Source of the DNA: Vicinamibacterales bacterium
GTDB lineage: Bacteria > Acidobacteriota > Vicinamibacteria > Vicinamibacterales > UBA8438
Assembly: GCA_965197375.1 (NCBI GenBank)
Contig: CBDAMZ010000009.1
Span: 137,956-201,955 of the forward strand
DNA length: 64,000 nucleotides
Direction of reading: 5' to 3'
In this document: positions 9,267 through 17,431 of the stretch, piece by piece
Position numbering within the stretch: position 1 is the first letter of the stretch
Layout: the number at the start of each line of letters is the position of its first letter
Position numbers and translations under genes: made by a program
Notes under the pieces: generated by a model
Told to the model about the DNA's origin: nothing
What the model saw: only the letters and a program-made list of their open reading frames with translations
Databases searched by the model: none

Positions 9267-10271
9267 TCAGACTCGCCCTTCGTACAGATTCCTTCCCGCC
9301 ACTAGCGCCCGGATCTTCCGCTCCACGACGTTACGCTGCAGCATCCAGAAGCCGCAGTCTGGATGAATGTACTGGAGCCGTTGGGATCCAAGCGTCTTGG
9401 TAATTTTCTCGATCCGCGAGGCAATCAACTGAGGAGATTCAACCTCGTTGTCTTTGATGTCGATCACGCCAATCCCTAACCCGATCTTGGGATCCAGCTC
9501 CTTGAGCACCTCCAGCTGGTCGTATCCGTGACGCGCGAACTCCAGGACCACGTGATCCGCGTGCAGCGCATTAAGAAAACGAATCAGGTCGACCCAACGC
9601 CCCTTCTGAATGGTCTGGCCGCCATAGTTTCCGAAGCACAGGTGAACGGCCCGTTGATTCGGGATCCCATCGAGCACGTGGTTGATTGCCTCGGCGGCCC
9701 AGTCGGCGTCTTCGGGATGCCCAGTAATGTTCGCCTCGTCCAACTGGATCGTGTCGGCCTCTACCGATTCGAGTTGGCGGCGCAGGACCCGGGCGATATC
9801 CATAGCCAGCTCGGCCTGGTCCGGGTAATGGATATTGGTAACGATTCTCGAAAGCATGTGAGGACCGGTGCAGGTGAACTTCAGCGGCGAGCGCGTGAGC
9901 GAGCGGACTGACTCATAATCCCGAGGAAGGTTTAACGTGCCATCTCCGATCTTCCCGACGACGGTTCCGACGGGAACCGTCCGGTAGGCCCCAGCGCGAT
10001 CGGCTTGGAAGCGATCGAAGTCCGACATGGAAAATTCGGTTCGAACTCCCTCCATCTTCGAGACGAAATAGTGAACCATGCCGTTGGTCTGCGGATGGTC
10101 TGGGTCAAAGCGAGAAAGTTCGCCGTCAGCGATCAGGTCCAAGCCCGCCAGTTCCTGAGCCTTCAGTACCACCATCACCGCATCCATTAGGGCAATGCTG
10201 GAACTGTTCCCGGTTAACCATGAAGGCGCCGGATAGCTGCCGACGACGGTGGTCTTGATATGGCTAGACAT
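9267..10271 (-). CDS. cobalamin-independent methionine synthase family protein (short, MetE C-terminal-domain type)
   Basis: 334-aa ORF. Begins MSSHIKTTVVGSYPAPSWL (the typical TTxxGSYPRP start of this family). Zn-ligand contexts VHLCFGNYGG and IHPDCGFWML are present. Confidence 0.75.
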   Translation of the reverse strand: MSSHIKTTVVGSYPAPSWLTGNSSSIALMDAVMVVLKAQELAGLDLIADGELSRFDPDHPQTNGMVHYFVSKMEGVRTEFSMSDFDRFQADRAGAYRTVPVGTVVGKIGDGTLNLPRDYESVRSLTRSPLKFTCTGPHMLSRIVTNIHYPDQAELAMDIARVLRRQLESVEADTIQLDEANITGHPEDADWAAEAINHVLDGIPNQRAVHLCFGNYGGQTIQKGRWVDLIRFLNALHADHVVLEFARHGYDQLEVLKELDPKIGLGIGVIDIKDNEVESPQLIASRIEKITKTLGSQRLQYIHPDCGFWMLQRNVVERKIRALVAGRNLYEGRV

Positions 10272-10559
10272 AAATGGCTCCCGGCTAAGGGTCTTCGACC
10301 AAACCGGTTCAGCTCGATGCTATGCCCCGATCGGGTCGAAATAGAACATATTGGCGGAGGGACTGTCTACTGACTTTCGTGTTTCAAGAAGTTCCAGAAT
10401 GTTCCACGACGTTCTTTGTAAGTTTCATTGATGAAATACATTTCTCGTCCTCAATCGTCTTGACTGTTCACGTGACTTTCGGTATATTCCTGATAATATT
10501 TGTATATGTTTCTGTAGGTCATAAAAGGCCTTCACCCGGTCGATCTCTGCAACGCCACC

Positions 10560-11771
10560 ATGCCCACGCGCCGCCTGACGCATCGCTTGAGTGCCGCATT
10601 CGTGCGCGCCGCCCCGCCCGGCTTCTACTGCGACGGCCACGGGCTGAACTTGCGCGTGGACCCGTCCGGGGCGCGGCGGTGGGTGCAACGACTGCTCATT
10701 CGGGGCCGGCCCCGCATGCTCGGGCTCGGCGGCTACCCGCTGGTGTCGCTGGCCGAGGCGCGCGAGGCGGCGTTCGCCCACCGCAAGCGAGCGCGGGCGG
10801 GCGGGGACCCGCTGACCGAGAAGCGTCATGCCCAGGGCCTCCCCACGTTCGAAGAGGCTGCCGCCGTGGTGCTGGCGCAGCAGCGGCTTGGCTGGCGAAA
10901 CGCCAAGCACGCCCAGGAATGGCCGCGCAGTCTGCGCGCCTATGCCTTCCCGCGCATTGGCGGAGTCCCCGTCTCCGAGGTGACCACGGCTGACGTGCTC
11001 CAGATCCTCACCCCCATCTGGCATGACAAGTCCGAGACCGCGCGACGGGTGCGGCAGCGAATCGGCGCCGTGATGAAGTGGGCGGTGGCGATGGGGTACC
11101 GGCCGGACAACCCGGCGGGCGAGGCCCTTGGGCAAGCCCTCGGCCGGCAGCAGGCCGTCGTCCGGCACATGCGGGCGCTGCCCCACGACGAGGTGGCGGA
11201 TGCCCTCACGACCGTGCGGACATCCAAGGCGTCGATCACCACCAAGCGTGCGTTCGAGTTCCTGGTGTTGACGGCGGCGCGGTCCGGCGAGGTGCGCTTG
11301 GCGACCTGGGCCGAGCTGGACCTGGACGCAGCCGTGTGGACCATCCCCGCCGCGCGCATGAAGGCGAATCGCGATCATCGCGTGCCGCTCTCCGCGCGGG
11401 CGGTGGCGATCCTCACCGAGGTGCGGGGACGAGGCGAGGGGACCGGTCTCGTGTTCCCCAGTCCGTGCGGGAAGCCACTCTCCGACATGACGCTGTCGAA
11501 GTTAATCAAGGAACTCGGCATCGCCGCCGTGCCACATGGGTTCCGGTCGAGCTTCCGGGACTGGGCGGCGGAGCGGACGAGTACGCCGCGCGAGGTCGTC
11601 GAGGTAGCGCTCGCCCACGCGGTGCGGAACCCCACGGAGGCGGCCTATGCGCGGTCAGATCTGTTCGCGCGCCGCCGCCGCCTCATGGAGGACTGGGCGG
11701 ACTACCTTCGTGGCGCGCACGGCCGCGTGGTGCCGCTTCATCGGGAGGCCCTCACGGTCGGTCCCGGGTGA
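10560..11771 (+). CDS. int: tyrosine-type site-specific integrase, P4/CP4-57-like (N-terminal DUF4102-type arm-binding domain)
   Basis: 403-aa ORF. The N-terminus GFYCDGHGLNLRVDPSGARRWVQRLLIRGRPRMLGLGGYPLVSLAEAREAA matches the DUF4102 pattern. Catalytic region: LTAARSGEV (Arg), HGFRSSFRDW (His-x-x-Arg), ALAH...AYARSDL (His/Tyr). Confidence 0.9.
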   Translation: MPTRRLTHRLSAAFVRAAPPGFYCDGHGLNLRVDPSGARRWVQRLLIRGRPRMLGLGGYPLVSLAEAREAAFAHRKRARAGGDPLTEKRHAQGLPTFEEAAAVVLAQQRLGWRNAKHAQEWPRSLRAYAFPRIGGVPVSEVTTADVLQILTPIWHDKSETARRVRQRIGAVMKWAVAMGYRPDNPAGEALGQALGRQQAVVRHMRALPHDEVADALTTVRTSKASITTKRAFEFLVLTAARSGEVRLATWAELDLDAAVWTIPAARMKANRDHRVPLSARAVAILTEVRGRGEGTGLVFPSPCGKPLSDMTLSKLIKELGIAAVPHGFRSSFRDWAAERTSTPREVVEVALAHAVRNPTEAAYARSDLFARRRRLMEDWADYLRGAHGRVVPLHREALTVGPG

Positions 11772-12756
11772 TGAGCTCGGTCGCCAGCGCCTCCGCCTGC
11801 TCTCGGGGGAAGTAGGCGTCGAATTCCACGATCGCCGCTCGTTCTTCCCATGCCTCCCGGAGACAAGCTGTTCTATCCGCTACGCCGCTACAGTCCCGTT
11901 TATTCAATACCTTCCAGTCGTTTGTATCCGCTACGCCCTCAGGCGGTGTAGCGGATAGCGATCCATCTAACGCATTGGTTCTCCTGGGATGTAGCGGTGT
12001 AGCGGATAGCACACCCCGCGGTTGGTGGAGGTAGGTCTGCCACACGGCTGTGAGATCGTCCCTCCGGTACCCCTTGAGCACGGTTCCACCCGGGAGACGG
12101 ATGTTCACGGGTCGAACGTGGAACGACGCCAGGAGGGTAGCCAGCCCGCGCGCCGACAGCGGTTTCCCATGCCGCCACTCACTCCACGGTCGCCCGTCCA
12201 ACGCGTGCAGTGCCTTGAACAACCGAGCCGTCGGTAGCGCCACCGGAACGCCCGCGGTCTGGAACACCGCGTGAAGATCCGCGAGCAGTTGTTCGCGCGC
12301 GCCGAGATCGTCGCCGGTATCCTCGGTGACGTGCCGACAGGCGCGCGAAGCCCGGCCGTCCGGTCCCGCCCAGTCGTCGCTAGCGATGTGCCCCATCGCC
12401 AGCAGCGCTTCCCACGCGTCGCGCGCCCGGTCGTGGAGGCCCGAGGGGAAGTCCACTGTCTTTCTGGCCGCCAAGATGACGGCTGCGCGGTCAACCGTCC
12501 ACCGCACGATCTGTCGTTGGAAGCGTGCGATCTGCTCCCGATCGCGGTCACGCCAGTGCGCCAGGGAATGGTTGGGCGGCCGGCGTTCGAGGCGGATGAC
12601 CAGTGCGCGATCCCTCACCGTGTCCGGTAGATCGCCAATGCCAACAAGCACCTTCGGGCACCACGTCCCAAATTGACGCGGCTCATAATCGTCGCCGACA
12701 CAACGCAGGACAAAGGCCGAGTCGCGCCGCTGCGAAGCGTTGATCCCCGCGATCAA
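11752..12756 (-). CDS. DUF3631-like domain protein; probably the C-terminal part of a frameshifted primase/P-loop gene
   Basis: 334-aa ORF beginning with TTG inside the stop of the upstream ORF. INASQRRDSAFVLRCVG...FGTWCPKVLVGIGDLPDTVRDRALVIRLERR resembles DUF3631 proteins that accompany mobile-element primases. Confidence 0.65.
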   Translation of the reverse strand: MIAGINASQRRDSAFVLRCVGDDYEPRQFGTWCPKVLVGIGDLPDTVRDRALVIRLERRPPNHSLAHWRDRDREQIARFQRQIVRWTVDRAAVILAARKTVDFPSGLHDRARDAWEALLAMGHIASDDWAGPDGRASRACRHVTEDTGDDLGAREQLLADLHAVFQTAGVPVALPTARLFKALHALDGRPWSEWRHGKPLSARGLATLLASFHVRPVNIRLPGGTVLKGYRRDDLTAVWQTYLHQPRGVLSATPLHPRRTNALDGSLSATPPEGVADTNDWKVLNKRDCSGVADRTACLREAWEERAAIVEFDAYFPREQAEALATELITRDRP

Positions 12757-14105
12757 TCGGGAGTGTTCCGCTTGGCGAAGGTCCGGTCCGCCTCATCCAG
12801 GAGGAGGGTCGGCGCGTGCCGCTCGATAACGCGAAAGAGCGCTGCCGGCGTCACGTGGCTCGTCGGCATGGGCTGAGACACGAGCGCACCGACCACGTCG
12901 AGGAGTAGCGATTTCCCACAGCGCTTGGTGGCGCTCGTGACGTTCAGGAATGTCGAGATCTCAAGCTGATCATGCAGCCACGTCATGACCACCCACAGCG
13001 CGAGAGCATCAGCCAACGGCGGCACCAGGTAGACGTATGACTTGATCAGGGCCGCGATCTCGGTGAGCAGCGCCGCGCCGTCCACCGCCGTGGGCCACGG
13101 CTCCACGTCAGGCCAGTTGAGCGTCCGCCCGTTCCGGTCGCCAGCCGGTGCCACCACGCGGGCATCGGTGACCGCGGCATCCAAGGTCCCGACGCGGACG
13201 TGCAGGCGTGCCGCTTCACGTGTCCGGACCCAGTCGTATTCGTACAGCGACAGCGCGGCAAGGTGTGACACCGCGTGCGCGAACGCGTCACCGCTGTCCT
13301 CCGCCGTGTCCGTCGGCCCGCGCGCGCCGGCCACCAGCGCAGCCGGATCCACCCCCTCGGGCCACGCGTCGGCCACATCCCAGCCCTCCGGTACGCTGTC
13401 CGGCCGCGACACGATCCGTACGGACGCCGCCCCGGCCTCGCCCACCAGCCGCGCCACGGCGGCCGCGAACTGCGTGCCCGCCTCGTCCGCGTCGGGGCAG
13501 ATCGTCACGTCCCGCTTCGCGACCGATGACCAGTCGGTCTGGCGTGGCGATTGCGCGCCATGCATCGACGTGATCGCCACCATGTCGGGGAACAACCGGG
13601 CTGCGGCCTCGGCGGTCTTCTCGCCTTCGACGATCAGGCCCGGGGTGTCGGGTCGGGCGAGCAAGGCGGGCAGGTGGAAGAGGGGATATGGCTTGGGCAA
13701 GCCCCGGGCCCGCGACGCCGTCCGCCAGCACCCGGCGTCATCGCGCACGAGGGACCGGAACGTTTTGCCCGTGGGGGTCTCGAACCGGGCTGCACAACCG
13801 ACCACCCGTCCGGTGGCGTCATGGTAGGACCACGTGCGGGAGGGCGCGCCGAGCGTCGGGTGTCGGTAGTCCTCGATGGAGGTGGCGCCGCTGACACATG
13901 CCCGGCGGAGATCGATCCGCCGCCGGGCCAAGGCCGCCAAGACTGCGTCCTGCGAACAGCCAGCGTGACAGTGCACGAGCACGTGCCCGGCGCGTTCGGT
14001 CACGTGCAGGCTTGGGGTCGTGTCGTCATGCGCAGGGCAGTGGACCATCCCGTGAGACCCGGTCATCCGCCCGCCGAGCGCCTGGACAATCTCTGCCGCG
14101 CCCAT
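12753..14105 (-). CDS. phage/plasmid-type DNA primase (zinc-binding + Toprim) with C-terminal P-loop segment
   Basis: 450-aa ORF. VHCPAHDDTTPSLHV...HCHAGC is a zinc-finger-like motif. LIVEGEKTAEAAARLFP and DVTICPDADEAG give the Toprim Glu and DxD. SATKRCGKS (Walker-A-like) and LLLDEAD (Walker B) sit at the C-terminal end. Confidence 0.75.
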   Translation of the reverse strand: MGAAEIVQALGGRMTGSHGMVHCPAHDDTTPSLHVTERAGHVLVHCHAGCSQDAVLAALARRRIDLRRACVSGATSIEDYRHPTLGAPSRTWSYHDATGRVVGCAARFETPTGKTFRSLVRDDAGCWRTASRARGLPKPYPLFHLPALLARPDTPGLIVEGEKTAEAAARLFPDMVAITSMHGAQSPRQTDWSSVAKRDVTICPDADEAGTQFAAAVARLVGEAGAASVRIVSRPDSVPEGWDVADAWPEGVDPAALVAGARGPTDTAEDSGDAFAHAVSHLAALSLYEYDWVRTREAARLHVRVGTLDAAVTDARVVAPAGDRNGRTLNWPDVEPWPTAVDGAALLTEIAALIKSYVYLVPPLADALALWVVMTWLHDQLEISTFLNVTSATKRCGKSLLLDVVGALVSQPMPTSHVTPAALFRVIERHAPTLLLDEADRTFAKRNTPD

Positions 14106-14106
14106 G

Positions 14107-14307
14107 TCACGCCGGCCGGTCAGAGCCTGCGAGCGGACGGCTGGCGATCCACTGCTCGACCTCGACGCGCCGCCAGGCCACGGCGCGCTGACCGATCTTC
14201 ACCGGCCGAGGAAAGGTGCCAGCGCGCATCGCGGCATAAATGGACGAGCGCGACAGGCGGGTCAGAACCTCGACTTCGCGACGTTTGACGAGGACCGGTG
14301 CATGCAT
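14107..14307 (-). CDS. AlpA-family transcriptional regulator / excisionase-like HTH protein
   Basis: Inside track ORF 14107..14637. Start placed at MHAPVLVKRREVEVLTRLSRSSIYAAMRAGTFPRPVKIGQRAVAWRRVEVEQWIASRP (66 aa), preceded by AGGAGG about 7 nt upstream. The pattern LSRSSIY...G.FP.PVKIG.R.V.W...EV..W is classic AlpA. Confidence 0.8.
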   Translation of the reverse strand: MHAPVLVKRREVEVLTRLSRSSIYAAMRAGTFPRPVKIGQRAVAWRRVEVEQWIASRPLAGSDRPA

Positions 14308-14402
14308 AGGAAAGCCTCCTTGGGACCACATCTTCCTCAAGGGTGCCAGGGTGTTGCGATGGCGGGCTAGGTGGACTTGCTGCGGAGCAACTTTCACCAG
14401 TG

Positions 14403-15065
14403 TCACCGTGGTCGACGTCGCCCACGTGGGTGAGCAATCTCCCGCACGGCTTCGCTGCTCAGGTTCAGCATCTCCGCGAGGATCTTGATCGCCTGCGTTT
14501 TTGACACGGGGGTTCCCTCGGTCAAGATCAAGAGATATTCGCGAATAACCTCGTTTCGGTGCCCCACTGTTCGCGCACGCCGCCCGCCTGTCTTCTTCGG
14601 CGGCGACATACGGAATTCCAAGACGTCCAAGAGCCAATGGGCCAGCCTGGGGTCGAGATCAGGCAAGCGCCTGCCCTCGCGTAGGTGCTGTGCCACGATC
14701 CTTGACACGGCCTCCCAATAGTCATAGTCCGCTTCCGCTCGATGCAAGAAATAACCGGTGGGATCACCCACCATCTGCTTGCAGTCAGCGTTCGGGTCAA
14801 AGCTGAGGAGAAACTCTTCTGCTTCTGTCGCCGCTTCAAGGGGCGGCATATCGAAATACAGGTGGCAGAGCCATTCGCCTTGTTCGACCTTCTTGTCCGG
14901 GTCTTCGTCCTTCTCGTACGGGTCTTGGATGGCGAATTTCAGGTAGGGACCTATCAGCTTCCGGACGAGTGTTCTAGCGTCTTCGTCGGAAAGCCGTGAA
15001 GGTGGCGGAGATGTCTTGTCCGGCTGAGTGACGACCTGCGTGGGCTTCCTGGTCTGCTTGGTCAT
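14403..15065 (-). CDS. hypothetical protein (acidic N-terminal half, possible C-terminal HTH)
   Basis: 220-aa ORF with normal, non-Arg/Pro-biased composition, co-directional with alpA and the primase. No motif recognised. Confidence 0.5.
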   Translation of the reverse strand: MTKQTRKPTQVVTQPDKTSPPPSRLSDEDARTLVRKLIGPYLKFAIQDPYEKDEDPDKKVEQGEWLCHLYFDMPPLEAATEAEEFLLSFDPNADCKQMVGDPTGYFLHRAEADYDYWEAVSRIVAQHLREGRRLPDLDPRLAHWLLDVLEFRMSPPKKTGGRRARTVGHRNEVIREYLLILTEGTPVSKTQAIKILAEMLNLSSEAVREIAHPRGRRRPR

Positions 15066-15303
15066 GATGTGGCCTCCTTCCGTACCCTACCTGATGCCAC
15101 GTGTCGTCAGACGCACCGGCCTCAACGCGCTGCGCCCCTGTCGTTTCCAGATCGGTTGACAGCGGGACATCGTCATCGGCGATCTGCGTGCGGCATCGGC
15201 TGCAGGTCTCGTCGTAGCCGGGGTCGTGCATGTGGTCGGTGGGCCAGATGCCGCCCGGCACGACCGCGGCCAGGTCGATCGGCTTCACCGGCGGGCTGCT
15301 CAT
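14974..15303 (-). CDS. hypothetical small protein
   Basis: 109-aa ORF. Its ATG overlaps the TGA of an upstream frame (TCATGA), and the N-terminal ~50 aa look protein-like (CSRC pair). The C-terminal part overlaps the next gene by 92 nt, so the true end is uncertain. Confidence 0.3.
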   Translation of the reverse strand: MSSPPVKPIDLAAVVPGGIWPTDHMHDPGYDETCSRCRTQIADDDVPLSTDLETTGAQRVEAGASDDTWHQVGYGRRPHHDQADQEAHAGRHSAGQDISATFTAFRRRR

Positions 15304-15492
15304 GAGTCGACCTGCCGCGGCGACGGCAACGTGTGCCGATCGCGCGCCATGAGTTCCAGCAGTCTGGTGGTCTGCTCGACGATCTGCGGCTTCTCGGTCT
15401 TGATGGCGATCTCCGCGGCGTGGGCGACGGCGCTGTGAAGCGTGGCGGTTGTGGCGAAGAGCGTTGAGATGGCCTGGATGGTTTCGATGGGA

Positions 15493-15858
15493 CTAGTAGT
15501 AGAAGGCGGCCAGTTCGTCCTCCGTGAATGGCGCGAGCAGCTCGTCGAGCGTCGCGGTGCGCGGTCGGAATTCTGGTTTGAGTGCTTCACCGGCCCACGG
15601 CGGAATCCCCGGTGGAAAACTGGCCAGAAAGTTGTCCCTGGCGATCTGTTCCCAGGTCCGGCCGTAGGGGCGACGAGGCTGCGGGAGTCCTTCGATCCGG
15701 TAGGCGACGTCGGGCATGAACTCCGGCCACTTCGCGCGGGCCTTCGCGCGCCAGCGGCGGAGGGTGCGCGTGGTGACCGTTTTGCGCGAACGGACGGGCG
15801 GCTTGGGCCAAACCTGGATCGAACTGTCCGGGAACTCGGCAATGTGGTCACTGGCCAT
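15493..15858 (-). CDS. conserved small protein of the 'YY-terminal' family (divergent paralog of 22675..23046 and 39022..39393)
   Basis: Track ORF 15493..15891. Start placed at M12 by alignment. WPEFMPDVAYRIEGLPQPRRPYGRTWEQIARDNFLASFPPGIPPWAGEALKPEFRP...EDELAAFYY aligns along its full length with the two 123-aa ORFs. Substitutions are mostly conservative, which argues for real coding sequence. Confidence 0.6.
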   Translation of the reverse strand: MASDHIAEFPDSSIQVWPKPPVRSRKTVTTRTLRRWRAKARAKWPEFMPDVAYRIEGLPQPRRPYGRTWEQIARDNFLASFPPGIPPWAGEALKPEFRPRTATLDELLAPFTEDELAAFYY

Positions 15859-16039
15859 GGGGTGTCGTCGGGTGTCATCGAAATATAGCAAATCGCATGG
15901 TCGTGTTGCGCACGATGTGCCAAACCTCTTGAGTGAAGCGAGCGGTCATGGCAAGCGGTTGATTACGCAGATCGACCTCATTCACAAGGAGTTGGACCAT
16001 GACCACTCGGAGCACGCGTCGCGCGAAGTCGGCGGGCGT

Positions 16040-16355
16040 CCGCAGCCCTGATCGGCCAGGACGGCGAGATGCTGAGACAGTTGATGCAGGAAGCCCTGCA
16101 GGAGGCGGTGGGCGCCGGCTCCGGCGAGCGGACAGCGGCGGGGCGGCTGGGCTATCGCGCGGCTACTACAGCCGCAGCCTAGTGACTCGCATCGGGAAGC
16201 TCGAGCTGCGGGTGCCGAGAGCCCGCGACGGGCGGTGTTCGCCCGAGCGGTTCGCCCAGTATCAGCGTTCGGAGAAGGCGCTGGTGAGCGCGCTGGCCGA
16301 GATGTCTGTGCAGGGCCGTATCGACGCGCACGGTCAAGGTGATCACCGACGAGCT
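16040..16355 (+). pseudogene. IS256-family (Mutator-type) transposase, N-terminal fragment with frame disruptions
   Basis: GYYSRSLVTRIGKLELRVPRARDGRCSPERFAQYQRSEKALVSALAEMSVQG...ITDELC matches the conserved N-terminal region of IS256 transposases. It ends abruptly where the truncated repeat copy begins. Confidence 0.7.
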
Positions 16356-16665
16356 GTGCCCAGGTCCGGCCGTCGGGGCGGCGGGAGCCCTTCGATCCGG
16401 TAGGCGACTTCGGGGAGACACTGCGGCCACGTCGCACGGGCCTTCGCGCGGCGCCGGCGGGAGGGTGCGCGGGGTGACGGTTTTGCGCGAAATCAGCGTC
16501 GTGGGCGGCCAGATCGCGATCGCGATGTCCGCCATCTCGCCTGTTTCATCAATGTTCATGGGGGGTCGTCCGGAAATTTCGAAATCGAATTTTGCGAAAA
16601 TGCGCGCAAGGGGGGGCGGACGGTCACGCGGCTCAGCCGGATGAGATTCGGGGGTGGGGGGGCGT
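16356..16665 (-). repeat. truncated, frameshifted copy of the ~1-kb repeat family (part of the leader plus the 5' part of the small ORF)
   Basis: Contains MNIDETGEMADIAIAIWPPTTLISRKTVTPRTL (ATG at 16559), then a frameshift and EVAYRIEGLP-like sequence. Upstream is the conserved leader segment AAATCGAATTTTGCGAAAATGCGCGCAAGGGGGGGCGGACGGTCACGCGGCTCAGCCGGATGAGATTCGGGGGTGGGGGGG. Confidence 0.55.
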
Positions 16666-17026
16666 GTACCCACGCGACCCCCGTCCCGGATCGACCCGTT
16701 CGTACCCGCCAGTCGCCGGGATCTTCAGCACACATCCAGCCGCGCCAAGGCTAAGAGGTGGGTCGCCGCCGCCGGGTTGATGTTGCCGTGCGTGACCGCA
16801 TGATGCTCGACCGCCTGTTTGCAGGGAACTCCATGCGCGAGGTTGCCCGTGCGTTCGGGTCAGGATCGGGGTGGTGCGCGCCGCCCCGGGGGCTGGAGCG
16901 CTGCGATTGACACCTATCCCGGTTCAAACTTTGTGGTCAGGACGCGCCGGACCCACTCGGTGGTGGTGGCTATTCGAGCAACAACATACTTTGTCTGACC
17001 GCCCCGTCTGATCTACAGTTCGCGCG

Positions 17027-17326
17027 ATGGCGATTGTTCGGTGTACCAACTGCGGGCACCCTCAAGCTAACAAACCACCGGAGTACGGCGAGAAACCATA
17101 CCTGCCGGCTGGAGGTCTCTTCGGTGCACTCATCTGCGGTACGGCGCACTGTCGCCGCATCGGCTTGATCTGGCTCAAGCTCGACGAAGAAGCGGCTTAC
17201 GCGCAGGGCGAGCGTATCTTCGACATTAAGACAGGCTCAGCGAAGGTCGCGGCACAAGACGGTGGCCCGGTACCGGTTGACGCGGCTGAGGCTCTCGTCG
17301 GTCTCCTGAATGCCATCGACGACTAA
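17027..17326 (+). CDS. hypothetical small protein with N-terminal zinc-ribbon-like CxxC...CxxxxC
   Basis: 99-aa ORF (MAIVRCTNCGHP...ICGTAHCRR) with lower GC than the preceding region. It lies directly upstream of the DUF262/DUF1524 gene. Confidence 0.45.
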   Translation: MAIVRCTNCGHPQANKPPEYGEKPYLPAGGLFGALICGTAHCRRIGLIWLKLDEEAAYAQGERIFDIKTGSAKVAAQDGGPVPVDAAEALVGLLNAIDD

Positions 17327-17431
17327 TCCCGAGCGGCTCCGGCCCGGCGAGACCAGACAGTCCCTCACGTAGCGCGCGGCCGCGTCCTTGCGCGCTGGCC
17401 CATCACTGACTCCGGTACAAGCGAGATTGAG

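Noticed and set aside
10322-10993. 223-aa plus-strand ORF spanning the AT-rich patch and the start of the integrase gene.
   Set aside because: It is out of frame with the integrase, whose domain motifs are clear. Its N-terminal part is a hydrophobic translation of AT-rich intergenic DNA and its C-terminal part is an Arg-rich shadow frame.
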